Made by a program: the position numbers and the translations under genes. Shown one piece after another: positions 25,177 to 38,652 of a stretch of DNA of 64,000 bases. Positions within the stretch are counted from its first letter, which is position 1. Each line of letters begins with the position of its first letter. This DNA is from Takakia lepidozioides (lineage: Eukaryota; Plantae; Bryophyta): positions 21,018,001 through 21,082,000 of the forward strand of contig CM060732.1 in assembly GCA_030704615.1 (NCBI GenBank). Direction: 5' to 3'. The notes under the pieces are model-generated. The model ran no database searches. It was given only the letters and a program-made list of their open reading frames with translations, and was not told the DNA's origin.

Positions 25177-28100
25177 GGACCATGCGGCTGGACACCACAA
25201 ATTTCTTACCGAAAAAAAGTTTTTTTCTACCTCCAGACCCTGCACTTTGCTTCACAGTTCCGGTAAAAATCAGAGTGCAAAATCGAGATATCACTGTAGA
25301 AGCACTTTTGGACTCAGGAGCTTCAGCTTGTTTTATGGACAAAAACTTTGCGAAGCAAAACAATTCAGTTCATCAACTAGAGGTCGCAAGTACGTGTCCA
25401 TGTCTTTCACTTGTTTTTTCCCTATGAGACATTCACACCGGCCTCCGTTGAAGTCATCCATGGACGACCATTACCATTAGGAAATGTGGACCATTGAATT
25501 TTGAATGTCGGATGAAGTGCTTCGACAAAATTTTATCAATGTATTCACGTAATGCAGCCAACTCCGTCTGGGATAAGTTATAGATTGGGCCGAATGGTGG
25601 TTGGGCTCCTTTTTGTAACTCAATTGCACAGTCATAAGGTCAATGTTCTGGCAATATGTCTGCATTTTTCTTCTCGAAGACATCTTTGAAATCTTGATAT
25701 TGAGCAGGTAATGTTGAAGTACCTTTGTCTGTTATGGTCTTGATCGGAGTCGCATAAAGTACAAATGCCGCCTCCTTTTTGGTAGCTCTCATGAAAGCTC
25801 TAGCTCCAAAGAATAAGGGTTGAATACCTTTGATATTTCTACATTTTTGTCTTACAGAAATTTTTCGCGATCGCCAGTCGATGTCGGGATTGTGAAGTAC
25901 GAACCAGGGAAGTCCAAGGATCACAAGATTCGTTGGAAAACAATATGTGATGCTTGATCTTTAAGCTTCACTTCACGGGGGCACCTATCTTGTTTGTGAA
26001 AAAAAAGGACAAATCATTACGCATGTGTGTTGACTATCGCGGTCTCAACAAAGTCACAATCAAGAATCGTTATCCGTTGTCGCTGATTTCTGGGCTTCTC
26101 GACCAGCTGGGACGAGCGAAGATTTTTACCAAAATCGACTTGAGAGGAGCTTATAACCTTGTCCGTACTACGGATAAAAGAAGGAGACGAATGGAAAACA
26201 GCTTTTCGAACAAGGTATGGACATTTTGAATACAGTGTTATGCCTTTCGGTCTTACAAATGCTCCAGCAATTTTCCAACATATGATGAATGACATCTTTC
26301 GAGAATTTTTAGATGACTTTGTAGTCATCTATTTGGACGACATTTTAATATTTTCACATAATGAAGAAGAACATGGCCGCCATGTACGCCTTGTCCTTGA
26401 TAAATTAAGAGAAAAATGATTATATGCCAAGTTAGAGAAATGTTTTTTCCATCAATATGAGGTCGAATTTTTGGGCTACATTATTTCCGACAAAGTCGTC
26501 TTTATGGATCAGAAGAAAATACAAATCATCATCGAGTTGATTAAACCAACTTCGGTCCGAGATGTACAATGTTTTCTGGGCTTTGCAAATTTCTATAGAA
26601 TCTTCATCAATGACTACTCCAAAATTGCTGCACCATTGACACGACTCATAGGGAAGGACAAATTTGTATGGGACGAGAAGGCTGACCAGACATTTGAAAG
26701 GCTGAAGCAGACATTTACAACGGCTCCCATACTGGTACATGCAGACCCATCTAAACCATTCTTCTTAGAAGCAGATGCATCGGACTTTGCACTTGACGCA
26801 GTACTCTCTCAATACGGTATAGATGTTTTCGTTCTCGCAAATTTTCCGCTGCGGAGATCAATTATGAAATCCATGACAAAGAACTTTTAGCGATTATCGA
26901 TGTTTTTGAGGAGTGGCGACATCTATTGGAGGGAGCTAAACATCAGGTCACTGTCTATACCGATCACAAAAACCTCGAATATTTTATGAGTGCTCGTGTT
27001 TTGAATCGACGTCAAGCGAGATGGAGTATGTCACTAGCAAGGTTTGATTTTGTTATTACCTACCGTCCCGGACATCTTCAAGGAAAACCAGATGCTCTCT
27101 CTCGACGATCGTATCTTGCGCCAAAAGAAGGGGATGCAGCTTTTGACCAACAAAAATCCAACGTCCTGAAACCAGCAAATCTCCAATTGAATATGTTATC
27201 CATGTCCACATATGACGATGCAGAGATCATAAAGGAGATTCAGGAAGCACTGAAGAATGACCATTTTGCTACGACACTACGAAGTCAACTAAATCAACCT
27301 CGAGACAACCCACATGTTACAAAACGACTTCGAATTCAAAGATGACTTACTTTACTTCAAGGGACTTCTCTATGTACCTCCAGGACCTACACGACTTCGA
27401 ATTCTTCAAATATGTCATGATCTTCCGGCTGCAGGACATTTCGGCTTCAACAAAACATTGGAATTGATATCCAGGGACTATTGGTAGCCGCAGATGTGGA
27501 AATTAGTGAAAGAATTTATAAAATCTTGCGACACGTGTGCTAGAGCGAAGGGACCACGACATCGACCTTACGACTTTCTTCAACCATTACCCATTCCCAA
27601 GGGTCCATTGTCGTCCGTGTCTATGGACTTTATTACGGACCTTCCAATTTCCAAGACCACCGATTCAATCCTTGTTATTGTAGATCGTTTTACGAAGATG
27701 ACACATTTTATTCCATGTAATAAGACGGTTACCGGCGAGGAAACTGCAAGACTCTTCCTCAATAATATCTACCGCATTCATGGACTCCCGAAGGACATCG
27801 TATCTGATCGAGGACCACAGTTCATATCAAATTTCTGGAGGGGATTATTTCACATATTGGATACTAAGATCAACCTCTCTACAGCTAATCATCCACAGAC
27901 TGATGGTCAAACCGAACGTGTAAACCAGATTTTGGAGCAGTATCTTCGCTATACGATAAATTATCACCAAGATAATTGGACGGACCTTCTGTCATTGGCT
28001 GAGTTTGCCTACAACAACACTATACATTCTTCGAAGCAAACTCCATTTTTCTCCAATTATGGTCATCATCCTCGAGCAAACCATTTTCACATGAAAACTG

Positions 28101-28673
28101 TTGGAAGCCCTGCTGCAGAAAACCTTGCTACTCATCTTGCTACGATTCACAATGAGCTTACATCCCACCTCGCAGAAGCTCAAAAACAATACAAGGAGTA
28201 TGCAGATCAACGTCGCCAACTCCAACCCCAGTTCAAGGTTGGAGATCGTGTGTGGCTTCTTCGACGGAACATATAAACCTCGCGACCATCAAAGAAGTTG
28301 GATTATCAATGCCTGGGACATCAAAATTATTCGACAAATAAATCTAGCTAGTTTTCGGCTTGAACTCCCACGAAGTATGCGTATCCATCCGGTCTTTCAT
28401 GTTTCACTATTGGAATTGTATCATCCATCGAATATTCCAGGGAGAGTTTCCGTACCACCTCCACCAATCGAAGTCAATTAGGAAATTGAGTATGAAGTCG
28501 ACGAAGTCCTAGACTCTCGCATCAAGTATAAACGTCTTGAGTATTTCGTACATTGGAAAGGCTACGACATCAGCGAACGAACGTGGGAACCTTCATCCAA
28601 CCTCGTCAATGCCTCTGACAAAGTCCAAGAGTTTCATCAACGATATCCAGCTAAGCCCCGAGCTAGACGTTAA
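25150..28673 (+). pseudogene. pol: pol (PR, RT, RNase H, IN, chromodomain) with internal inversion
   Basis: LLDSGAS, YLDD, ADASD, VSMDFI, HPVFHVSLL; chromodomain EYEVDEVLDSR...YFVHWKGY...TWEP at 28487-28600. Confidence 0.93.
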
Positions 28674-28821
28674 TGAGTCATCACAACGATGATGTCAGCC
28701 AAGCTAGCTTCAAGGAGAAGACTTCACATTCAATGTACATGATACACGCTAAGGAGGGACGAGCACCACACATCAGTATATATAGCTACACTTCCAGCAC
28801 TCTTGCATCTTGTATTGGCAA

Positions 28822-29223
28822 CATGGAGTCACAAGAACCAGATACATTGGAGTTGTCGCTTACCCAACTACCAGATCAGCCGTTCCGACTCTCACGACCT
28901 TTAACATCAAGTCGACGCTCTCGAGACGATGGGCCACCAATGCGACGCATACTTCCTCGTCTGGGCCCCGTACGACGGCAAGTAGAGCCTACTCAAAGTT
29001 TGATAATTCTGTTGGAGGTTGAGGCTTTGGACCCAGAGGGCAACGATATCATGTTTGAAGGCAACTTCGAAAATCAGAATGCTCAAATTACTACGTGGTC
29101 CTAAGTTCAAGGTGTTGGACACCATCAATGGTTACATGGACCTATAAATCATTTGAGTCAAGAACGAAGAGCCGAATACTTGGCAAATACCATTCGTCGG
29201 ATTTTGGATTTTCTCCAACTCTA
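28822..29223 (+). other. Possible small extra ORF between pol and the 3' LTR (one internal stop)
   Basis: MESQEPDTLEL...ITTWS*VQGVGHHQWLHGP...ILDFLQL*; frame stays protein-like across the stop. Confidence 0.4.
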
Positions 29224-29279
29224 AGGAAGTCTAAGATTTTACCGCTCCTCGAGGAAATCGGTGCTAGAAGATGGGGTGA

Positions 29280-29897
29280 TGTCACAGACATAGCCCAGAG
29301 GAACTTACCAGGAGTAAATACCAGAAGTTACTATGTTACCAAAAGTTACCATGATTTACCATGATTTACCATTATTTACCAAGTTACCGGGAGTTTACCA
29401 AATTACCAAGAGTAACTTGGGAAACTACTCAGGAAGCTTTCTTTGGAGGAAACTTCTCCATCAAGATACCTCCTTTGTTTAAGGAAGCTTCTCCATCAAG
29501 AAACCTTTGTTTAATCTTAGAAACTTCTCCAGCAAGAAACCTCCATATGGGAAGCTTCTTGGGGAAGCTTCTTAGTAGCCTGTATATATAGGAGGCGAGA
29601 CTGGACACTCTTCAGTTTCGCCAACACAAGTTCAAGCTACTCGTTCCAAGTCCAGTACTCCAGTCCAGCTTCCAGTATCCAGTCCAGCTCCAGTATTTGG
29701 TATTCCAGTCCAGTTCCCAGCATTCCAGTATCCGAGTCGAATTCCAGTATTTTGTACTCTTGTCCATTGTTATAAAGATCATCTTGATTCATGTTCACCA
29801 ACCATGCATTCGGCCACACCGACCTTGACTGCTTGTCTAGTCTTGTACATCTAGTCTGATCTCTTGTTTATGTTCTGTCATGTTCTCGTCCTTGACA
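29280..29897 (+). repeat. 3' LTR of the chromovirus
   Basis: Matches 23498-24116; followed by TSD GTTTT. Confidence 0.95.
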
Positions 29898-31192
29898 GTT
29901 TTTCTCCACTGGATGATATATCTTATTTTGCTTGATCCATACATTCTTGTGTTTGAGGCATCTACATATTGAGCTACAAAGAAGTCATGATATCGACCAT
30001 TCTTTATAATCATTGCCTTATTGACTGTCACTAGTGGCAGAGGAATCATGACAGTCTGTTGGTATGTTGAGATTAGTGATGGTGGTTATATTAGTATCAT
30101 ATTTGCAGCTCCCCTCTTAAGAAATATTACAATTTGAACTACTTTACGGTCACACTTTCTGCAATTAAATATACCTCTTATGCTCTGGAGCAGGAAGAGT
30201 GAATCCCAACCTCACCAATAGGAGATTGCAGTCACAACTATGGCAGTTTAATAGAAAAAATCTTATACAATTAGGACGGATTGTATCATGTGGGATCAAT
30301 GGCCATAAGGCTACTGCATGTATTGATGTGTGAAGAATTTCATCTACACATGGACTTCACCAGATAGTAACCTGTTAAGCGGTAAACCACTGATGGTACA
30401 CAGGAAGGAAGGAAGATGACGTGCTGGATGGCATGATAAAGGATGGTCTGCATTAGTTTGGCATGAGAGTCTGTTCTGATTGTTGGATTTTGTAGTAGTT
30501 ATCCATGGAAATTTTTCTCCAATCTGTTTCTGGCAAATCAGACAAATGGAAGGGGAAATTGAGGGCAAATAATGAGGAGATGGATTTCTGAGAGATGTAA
30601 CATTGTAGAGTAGGGGCATCTTTGGGATAGGATGACAATGAGCTCAAGGCAATGCATGCAGGCCGTATGGAGGCTCCTTTAATGGAAGGAAGCTGATTGA
30701 TTCACGGTATCTTATAGTTGCTGGAAGCATCTCATTCAATACTGTCTGAGACTGTCTTGCAACGTTCTACAATCCTAGTAATTGTGAAGGTATCTATGGA
30801 TTTACTTGCAGTTTTTCCGAGATGCAGGTGCCTTGATGGGTGGTTGGTTGTTTTGTTTAGTGTTGGTACAGACTTGATGGTTGTTTTCATAGACTCTATG
30901 AAAACCATGGGGAGAAAAAGAAATCATTTTTTAATGTTCGCCCACGAGTGTGTAGGGAATGCTGATTATTCCAAACTAGTAAACGGAACAAGTCTTTACA
31001 CTGAATGGAAGTGCATTGGAGCCTTTTGGAAAATCGGATTGTATTATGTCATACTTTTCTTACAGGTAGAATAAGATATTCATCATGCCCAGTGGAAGCT
31101 GGAAGCTGGGTCTGTGGCCTAAAGAAAGTTTCAAATGAGATTTCGCGTCTAAATAAGACTAAGAGGGACAGATTGGGGTTTTCAATTTGCAG

Positions 31193-32064
31193 ACCTTGAA
31201 TCGTATCCGCTATGCGTCGCCATCTTAGCACCATTCAACCCCTCGTAAGTTGGCACATGTATGCTTTGCGAAATGTTCTCTTTAGTGCACATTACTGTTG
31301 CATTTGTAGTTGAAAAATATTGTTGTCTGCCTGAATGTGGTGCTCTGGTACTAAACGATGTGTAGACAAAAAATGCGAGATATCAACACACAACAATCTC
31401 TCAAGTGCCTCCAACTTGAACTTGGGGATCCAGTCCTGACTAGTGTATTTGAGTGATTTGGCAGGTTTGAAGTGAAACGAGTAGTTTCACTCTATCATGG
31501 GCTCGTGAAGTTTATACAAGGATCGCCAATGCGGCAATCAGACGTAGAGAGGGTGTCTGCAGCCCGAGCCACAGCCTTCTTCTTGCTTTCCAACCAAAAA
31601 GCTGATGTCCTATGCTTGCATGTGTTCCTTGTAAAACATTCTCTGTTCACCAGGGTTCCGGTATTCATCTGTCAGAGCGGATCCCATGAAGTATTGTTTG
31701 TCAACAGATATGGATTTGCCACATGACCTTTGATTAATGTCACTAAGCATTCTCAAGTTTTTTGCATTACATGTCAAGGTCTGCAGAACAAACAGACCTG
31801 AAGCAGGGTCCATGGAGGGTCTAAAAAAGTCCTAGAGAACGATGACACTGCCAGAATATTGGAAGATGTTGTAGGACCCAAAGGTGGAGGATGCAACTCA
31901 GATATTGAAAGCATTAGCTGTGCATCGTGGGGACCGGGTGCGCATCATAATGGAGTTGCTAGAGCCAGAGTCACAGCTAGCGCAGTGTGTAGGATAAGAC
32001 CCAAACTGTGGGGGATCGAGTTTATCTGCCCTGTTCAAATCCACTACAAGATGCTATCTCGGAG
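31193..32064 (+). pseudogene. BK/SLO-type potassium channel fragment (RCK1 region), three exons
   Basis: Exons 31193-31244, 31465-31606 and 31875-32064 splice to VAILAPFNPSFEVKRVVSLYHGLVKFIQGSPMRQSDVERVSAARATAFFLLSNQKAD-DPKVEDATQILKALAVHR..RVRIIMELLEPE; the last exon has a frameshift and stop. Confidence 0.75.
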
Positions 32065-33779
32065 GTTGGATTCACTCCTTTCCTCTTTTTCAGTTTGCTG
32101 TAGCTTCAGTTAAAGAAAGCGAGTGGTGAAATCTCTGAGTCATAAGAATTTACTATGTTTCCTACAATATGTCTCTCACTTCCACATCTTAAACCAGGTG
32201 TTTGTCTACCACCACAATGCTAATGCAAAGCACAGTTTTACCACTCTCTGCTGTGTCCCTTGGCCATTCCATAGATGTGATTATGTCGAAGATGTAGTAC
32301 TTTAAAGGTTTTTGAATCGGGGAATGTCTGGAAACTTTTTTGGGTCGTCTGGGCATGGAGTGGATATGATGAACTTTTTCCCTTGTCTGATGCCTTCTTG
32401 GCTGGTCTCTTGCAGTTGTACTTTATCCCAATTTCAGATTTTTCATATGACAAATTCTGAAACACTGCAATAAATGAAGCTTTGATCACAATCTTGAAAG
32501 GGAATTTTACAGCATATGGCCCATTGTCTCCTTTTTCTGCGCCTGAGTATGGTGGGCTTAGATGCCAAACACAGTCACCTGACTTCCTGATTAGCATTTA
32601 CGATATCTCTGAAGAGTTGACTTCTGAACCCTGTGGATATGTGGTTGGTTCTATGTTGTTCCACTTGTGTCCCTTGGACACTCACTCAAATTGAACAAGC
32701 TTTTAAATAGAATCATGCGGCCTAATTAGTATCGACACCTTTATCTCCTTCTCTTCTGAGGGCATTGGGGCGATTCAGGGTGGGCTCCCACAATTTACAG
32801 GTAGAGACTGGTAAGTGGGAAAACTCGTAGCCTGAAGACCGCCTATGGCTACTAAGGCACCGCGCCCAACTGATGCATCAAAAGTGAAGAACACTTCTTC
32901 CTTTGCTGCCCTCTTTACTATGAGATCGGTAAGAAACTCCACTGTCTGTTCCGTGAAACTCAATCTCTCACAGACTACTTCCATTTTGAGCCATAGAAAT
33001 GTTTTCCAGCCTATTTGCACGAAGCTTTGACCCTCAGGTGATCCCTTGAGTAGTAGTTGCTTTTTGGCTGCTTCTGGCTTCACACTCTGTCTTTTATTCT
33101 CTTTATTGTTTGTTGTTTTCCTTTTGTCCCACAAGCTGTTTGAGCTTTCTGCGGTCGATCGAAGTTCCATTTCGTTTCGTTTCTTTCCACGTTATGTGAC
33201 TTTCTGGCTCTATTTCTTTTCGTGCTCAAGTCTGGGATCATCCATTATTGGAATGCTGAAACTATGTCCTGGGTGAGTCTTCCTGTGTTGATAAAAACTC
33301 TTGCACCTTCTGTTGCTCCCTAATGAAGTGAGTAGAGAGTTACAACTGCTGGTCACGGTGATAGAGATAGTTGATTTGGGTAATTTGACCTGCTCAAGTT
33401 ATTGGATAGTTCATTTTAAGGTTTCCTCTTTTATTTATTGGTTCTTTATCTATGTGAATTTCCTTGATGATCTGTCTTGGTTTTCATCTTTGAAAGCTTT
33501 TCCTTACATTTGATGTGGCTATTTCGTTCTATCTTTCTTAAGGTGAGTTCACAGTTTCCTAGGCTCTCACTCACTGGAAAGGTGTTCCAACACATATGCA
33601 ATAATCAAATGAAGGACTTACCAGGATACCTACTGCGTTCAACAAGAGTACATGCACATTTTGGATTTGTTAATTTGGGTCTAATAATGAGTATCCATAT
33701 ATCTGCCCTGGGTAAGTTAAGTACCAGTTATCGAATACCTGCCAAGTGCTCTTAGCTAGAATGTGCCCCGTTTGTGCAA

Positions 33780-34409
33780 ACTTGATGTTTTCTCCGTAAT
33801 GCTTGAGATTTGTGAAGAGATCGCAACAAGAGGAAGTGGAGGAAGCTCACAGCCAAATCCCAATACAAGAAGTTCCTTGCAGCCAGGGCCTGTCAGGCCT
33901 CTTCCCACAATCGCAAACATTGTGTGGCCATCTCCTGATGATGAAGTTTCTTTTTGAAAACAAAATAACCCAAAACAAGGTGATTCAAAGGCAGTTGCAG
34001 TTGGCATGAGCTCATCAAAGGGCATATGTCTGGATAAGGATCTGGCATACATAATACACATGACATCAGAGATGGCCCCCTTGGCCAAAGTGGGGGGTTT
34101 AGGGGATGTGCTAACTGGTCCTGCTCGGGCATGACTTGAAAAGGGACATAAAGTGGAGGTGATGCTACCTTTCTATGAGAAGATACCTAAGGATGAGATC
34201 GAGGGCCTTGTTCCTGCCGTCTCATATTCATCATATCATAGGGGAGAATTGGGTGCCCATTCACATTTATCGTGGTAAGGTCTTGGGAGTACCCATTCTA
34301 TTTGGAGCTAAACAACCAATTTTTGAAGGGGTCACAAATCTATGGAGGGTCTTATGATGACCTGGAAGTATATTTGTTTTTTAGCCGTGCCAGCCTTGAA
34401 TGGATGCAG
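33780..34409 (+). pseudogene. Starch synthase VI-like (GT5) pseudogene fragment
   Basis: IVWPSPDDEVSF*, IIHMTSEMAPLAKVGGLGDVLTGPARA*LEKGHKVEVMLPFYE and YGGSYDDLEVYLFFSRASLEWMQ; two TGA stops and frameshifts; no downstream exons seen. Confidence 0.85.
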
Positions 34410-36006
34410 GTCTGAGCTGTTGCCCTTCACAACTTGATAACTTGACATGTTTGCTCCATCAGCCCCTTGTGAAATCGATCATATTACAATTAGGTCAGAA
34501 ATGGAATTCATGCTTTCTACAAAGCTAGATACTAGATAGTGTAAAGATTGTTCAGACAAAAGTGTGGCTAGTTTGATATTGCTGCAGTCAAGAGGCCCAA
34601 ACATTCAACCTTAGGAACTTTGTTCATTTGAGACCACTAACCCATCTATCTCACCCCACTTTTATCGTTCTTTTTATACACACAGATCACAAAAACCCAA
34701 CCAGACATAATTCATATCCATGAGTGGCAAATACTTGGCCTGGCAATGCTCTACTGGGACATGTACCACCACATATATGGTGAATATATCAGTTTCAGGC
34801 CCTGCAAGACTATGTTGTATAAGTTTAATCAGCTAGAAGTAATCTCTGCACAATGTTTTTTTCAAGAATGTATCTTCGGATATATGGTCGTTATCCCGAA
34901 TTATATCAAAATGTTAATGTCCACAATAAACCTCGAAAATCTGGGCATTTGCAACACTTTAAATTGCAAGATATGCTTTAAATAAAGACAAAATAAATTA
35001 TGAACGCCGGAACAAATATGCATTAAAAAAAACAACAATATTTTTTTCATGAAAACATTACAAATGAAAATCCAAACAATTTGAAATTAAACCAATCAAA
35101 AACAAAGATAAAAGAGAAATCATGTAAACAACATTCATAATCCAAATCTAGTTGTTGTATCAAAACGAGCCTCAATTTCTCTCTCTTTTGATGGATCTTA
35201 TTTTAGATTTTTTCCAAGGCAGTGTCCCCTTTCTCAGCCTCCATGGCTTGTCATGTGAGGTTATTTTTCCCTCAGCAATATATTTTGGTCTATCCCATAT
35301 ATTGTATTTTATTTGAAAAAAAAAACGAGCCACACAAGTTACCCACCTAGGGTTGGTAGCTCGGTTGGATAAGTGCACTGTGTGTCACCCTTGCAGGGTT
35401 CAAATCATACCACTTTGGTCCTGCGGGTCCTGACCGGTTGGTCTGGGGGTGACATTCCCCCTTGTGTGCCCAATGCCTTATCTTAAAGGGGGTTAATTTT
35501 TCCCCTTTTCAAGGGTCTGAAATGTAAGCAGTCACTCCCAAGTTTCCTTTAAATATAATCTAAAAAAAACATTACCCTAAGTTAGATGGGTGACATTGGC
35601 CCAAAGCTGAAAAAACCATTGGCCCCTAATAGAAAAGTCGATTCAAAAGCTGAGACAGATGCAAAATGGTTTCAACTGGACATGATCTTGTTACCTAACC
35701 TCCACCCAAAAAGACAACTGCTGCCCAATCCAAAAAATCTTTAAATCCCAAAAATCTTTGTCGTTCAATGTGGAACAGGATACATATTTATTATTAGGAA
35801 CACAAATCTGTGAAGTTTTTGAAGGGTTTGGATGAAATGATAACAACCATCCATCTTGAGAATTATTGAAAATAATATTTTGTCGATACTCTTATAAAGG
35901 TATCATGTCGAAGTTGGGAAGTCTGTTTGATAGATGTTTAATATATCAAACTCTTATACGTTGATACTCTTACAGTGGTATCATATTTGATGTAGATACA
36001 TAGCCA
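34351..36006 (+). repeat. Segmental duplication, copy B (paralog of 1-1606)
   Basis: Direct sequence identity with the window start. Confidence 0.95.
35348..35570 (+). mobile_element. tRNA-derived SINE-like element
   Basis: Same A/B-box-like motifs as 990-1170; more complete 3' part. Confidence 0.55.
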
Positions 36007-36241
36007 TATTGGCACATTTTTATCACTTAGTACTTTGACATATGTGCCAACTTCAATATGATTTTGTAGGTCAATCATTTTTTTTCTTATTGTTTTTTTT
36101 TTAAAGTTTCAAAACAAACACCAGCCCAAGCAATTGGCCCTTGAGGTGGGAAAAAAAAACCCCTTTCTTTGTCATGGAGGCATTATAGGGGTAGAGCCCA
36201 AGCCCAAAGGTAAGAGAGACAGATGACATGCTAATACACGA

Positions 36242-36940
36242 GTGCCCCTCTTAGCCCAGCTGGGGGCCTCCAAACCCTCAGTTGAACCACCGGTCGACCC
36301 CATTCACGTCGGTCATGCACACCATTTTTGGATGATCTACCCGGTACCTGACCCTCCATCACCTTGTCCAATCCGCAACCTCCTTAAAACCCTCATTAAA
36401 GAAGCCAAAAAACAAGCCTCAACCTCTCTCAGCCATACCAAGCTTCATATCAAAAAATGGACCCTTTCCAATGTCCTGCACCATAAATTATCAAACCACT
36501 TCTGGAACTCCAAAGCCGCCTCAGATGCACAAATAAGGCAAACACTCAAATTTAGATACGCCCAATATATGGGCCATCAACGCAAACACACCTTCTGGCC
36601 AACCCTATTCCCATCCCCACACTGCCCACTCTGCTCACACCTTCATGCTAAACGTGATATCTGGCCTCGTATTCTCAGCGAATGTTCACACCCTGTCATC
36701 CACGGGTTGCGAATCGCTCGTCATAATCACGCCGTATGGCACATCCACAAACCTCTCTTACAATGTAGTGCAACTAGATGGTTTACACTCATCAACGCTA
36801 GCACCTACCAGGATCGGCCTCGAGACCATACAGTACGTACTTGGCTCCTTCCATGTATCTGTCAACCTTGCAGGTCCTGCACATGCCCCGCTAAACTATG
36901 CCCGGACATCCTCATAGTCCAGGGCCTCCCCGTTAACAAT
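36242..36940 (+). mobile_element. Non-LTR retrotransposon 3' fragment with Zn finger and restriction-like endonuclease start
   Basis: CPLC...ILSEC...RIARHNHAV...PDILIV, the CCHC-RHN-PD arrangement of RLE-type LINEs; truncated. Confidence 0.7.
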
Positions 36941-37074
36941 ATTTCAAACATTTATAAGTATTTAAGTACATAAATGCATTGACTATATATCTATACATCA
37001 TCTCTAAATCGTGCAGCCTATGTATAGGTCACTCAGAACACTCAGAACACTCAGTTGTATAGGTCACTTAGTTC

Positions 37075-38360
37075 ATGCGATACACATAAATGATCTATAT
37101 AATAATAGGAGGTGCATCTTAGATTGAATATTGAATTATAAAATCTAATCTGCATATTAAAATGATATTTGTTATTCATTTTTTCAATTTGATCTTCCAA
37201 ATCCAGGTGATTTTTTATTTAAAACAACTTATTGCACGACAATGAAAATTTTTGTACACATAAATGATCAATATAATAATAAAAGGTACATGTAAGAATG
37301 AACAGGGAATTGTGATATTTTATATGCATTTAAAAATGCTGTTATAGGATAGATTTTAATTCGATCTGTCACATATTTGTAATTATTTTTAATACAAAAT
37401 ATTTCATTGCATATCTGTCAATACCAAAATTCCAAGTATTACGAACAAACTAGAAAACTATAGAGTATACGTCCACACATGTTATTAGATCCAAATGTTC
37501 TTTATCACAATTCCTAAGCATCCATTCTATGCATAGGTTAGTCATAATCTTCTTGAATTCATGGGATACACATAAATGATCTATAAAATAATAGCAAGTG
37601 CATGTACGAGTGAATATTAAATTATGAAATCTTATCTGTATTTTAAAATAAATTTTAAATTTTAAAATAAGAATAAACAGGGTATTGTGATCTTTTATAT
37701 GCATTTAAGAAGGCTGTTATAGAATAGATTTTAATTGGATCTGTCACATATTTGTAATTTTTGTTTAGTTAAAAATATTTCATTGCATATCTGTCAATAC
37801 AAAAATTCCAAGTATTACGAACAAACTAGAAAACTATATACGTGCACACATGTTATTAGATCCAATTGTTCTTTATTACAATTCCTATGCATCCATCCTA
37901 TGCATAGGTTACTCATAATCTACTTGAATTCATGGGATACACATAAATGATCTAAATAATAAAAACAAGTGCGTGTGTGTACGAGTGAATATTAAATTAT
38001 GAAATCTTATATGCATTTTAAATTTTAAATTTTATTGTTTTATAATCCAGTCTCACACATCCTTGTATTTTTAATTAAAAATAACTTATTGCAGGACAAT
38101 GAAAATATTCTACTTATGAGATTCTGTACATATAAATGACCAATATAATAATAGAAAACAAATGTAAGAGTGAGCACTGAATTGTGATATTTCATATGCA
38201 TTTAATAAGGCTGTTATATGATATATTTTAATTCAATCTCTACCCCTTTGTGATTTTTTAATTCACAATATTTTATTGCATATCTCATAATATAAAAATT
38301 CTAAGTAATACGAATAAACTAGAACACTATAGATTATACGTCCACATATTAGATCTAGTT
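37075..38360. repeat. AT-rich degenerate tandem duplications
   Basis: acacataaatgatc-type motif near 37082, 37256, 37568, 37939 and 38127; ~37290-37660 is repeated at ~37675-38030. Confidence 0.75.
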
Positions 38361-38536
38361 GTTCTTTCAATATCATCAAATTATTACGTTATAGTCCAAC
38401 ATTCTTAAAGACAAGGTCTCATCATATTTGAATTATGCAAATGACCCTAAACCCTCTACGTATATGTATATGTATAGATATGTATTTATCAGAAATTAGG
38501 TTGTGCCAATCTGAACTAAGTTGTGCCAACAACCTG

Positions 38537-38652
38537 GCGCTGCCTCCCTTAGTGGCGCCACCTCCCTTAGTGGTGCCCCGTGCCTGAGTGGCGCCACGAA
38601 CCTTAATGGCACCACTCACCTTGTTGGCGCCACTTGCCTTAGTTGCGCCACC
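38537..38652. repeat. 18-bp minisatellite (ggcgccacctcccttagt)
   Basis: About 6 degenerate units upstream of TFB2. Confidence 0.7.

Larger units (their letters stand above)
23498..29897 (+). mobile_element. Full-length degenerate chromovirus (Ty3/gypsy, Tcn1/Tf1-like)
   Basis: LTRs 23498-24116 and 29280-29897 (TG...CA), TSD GTTTT, PPT before 29280, gag-pol with chromodomain. Confidence 0.95.

Noticed and set aside
32775-33170. 131-aa minus-strand ORF, possibly a LINE ORF1 relic
   Set aside because: No motif I can identify with confidence.
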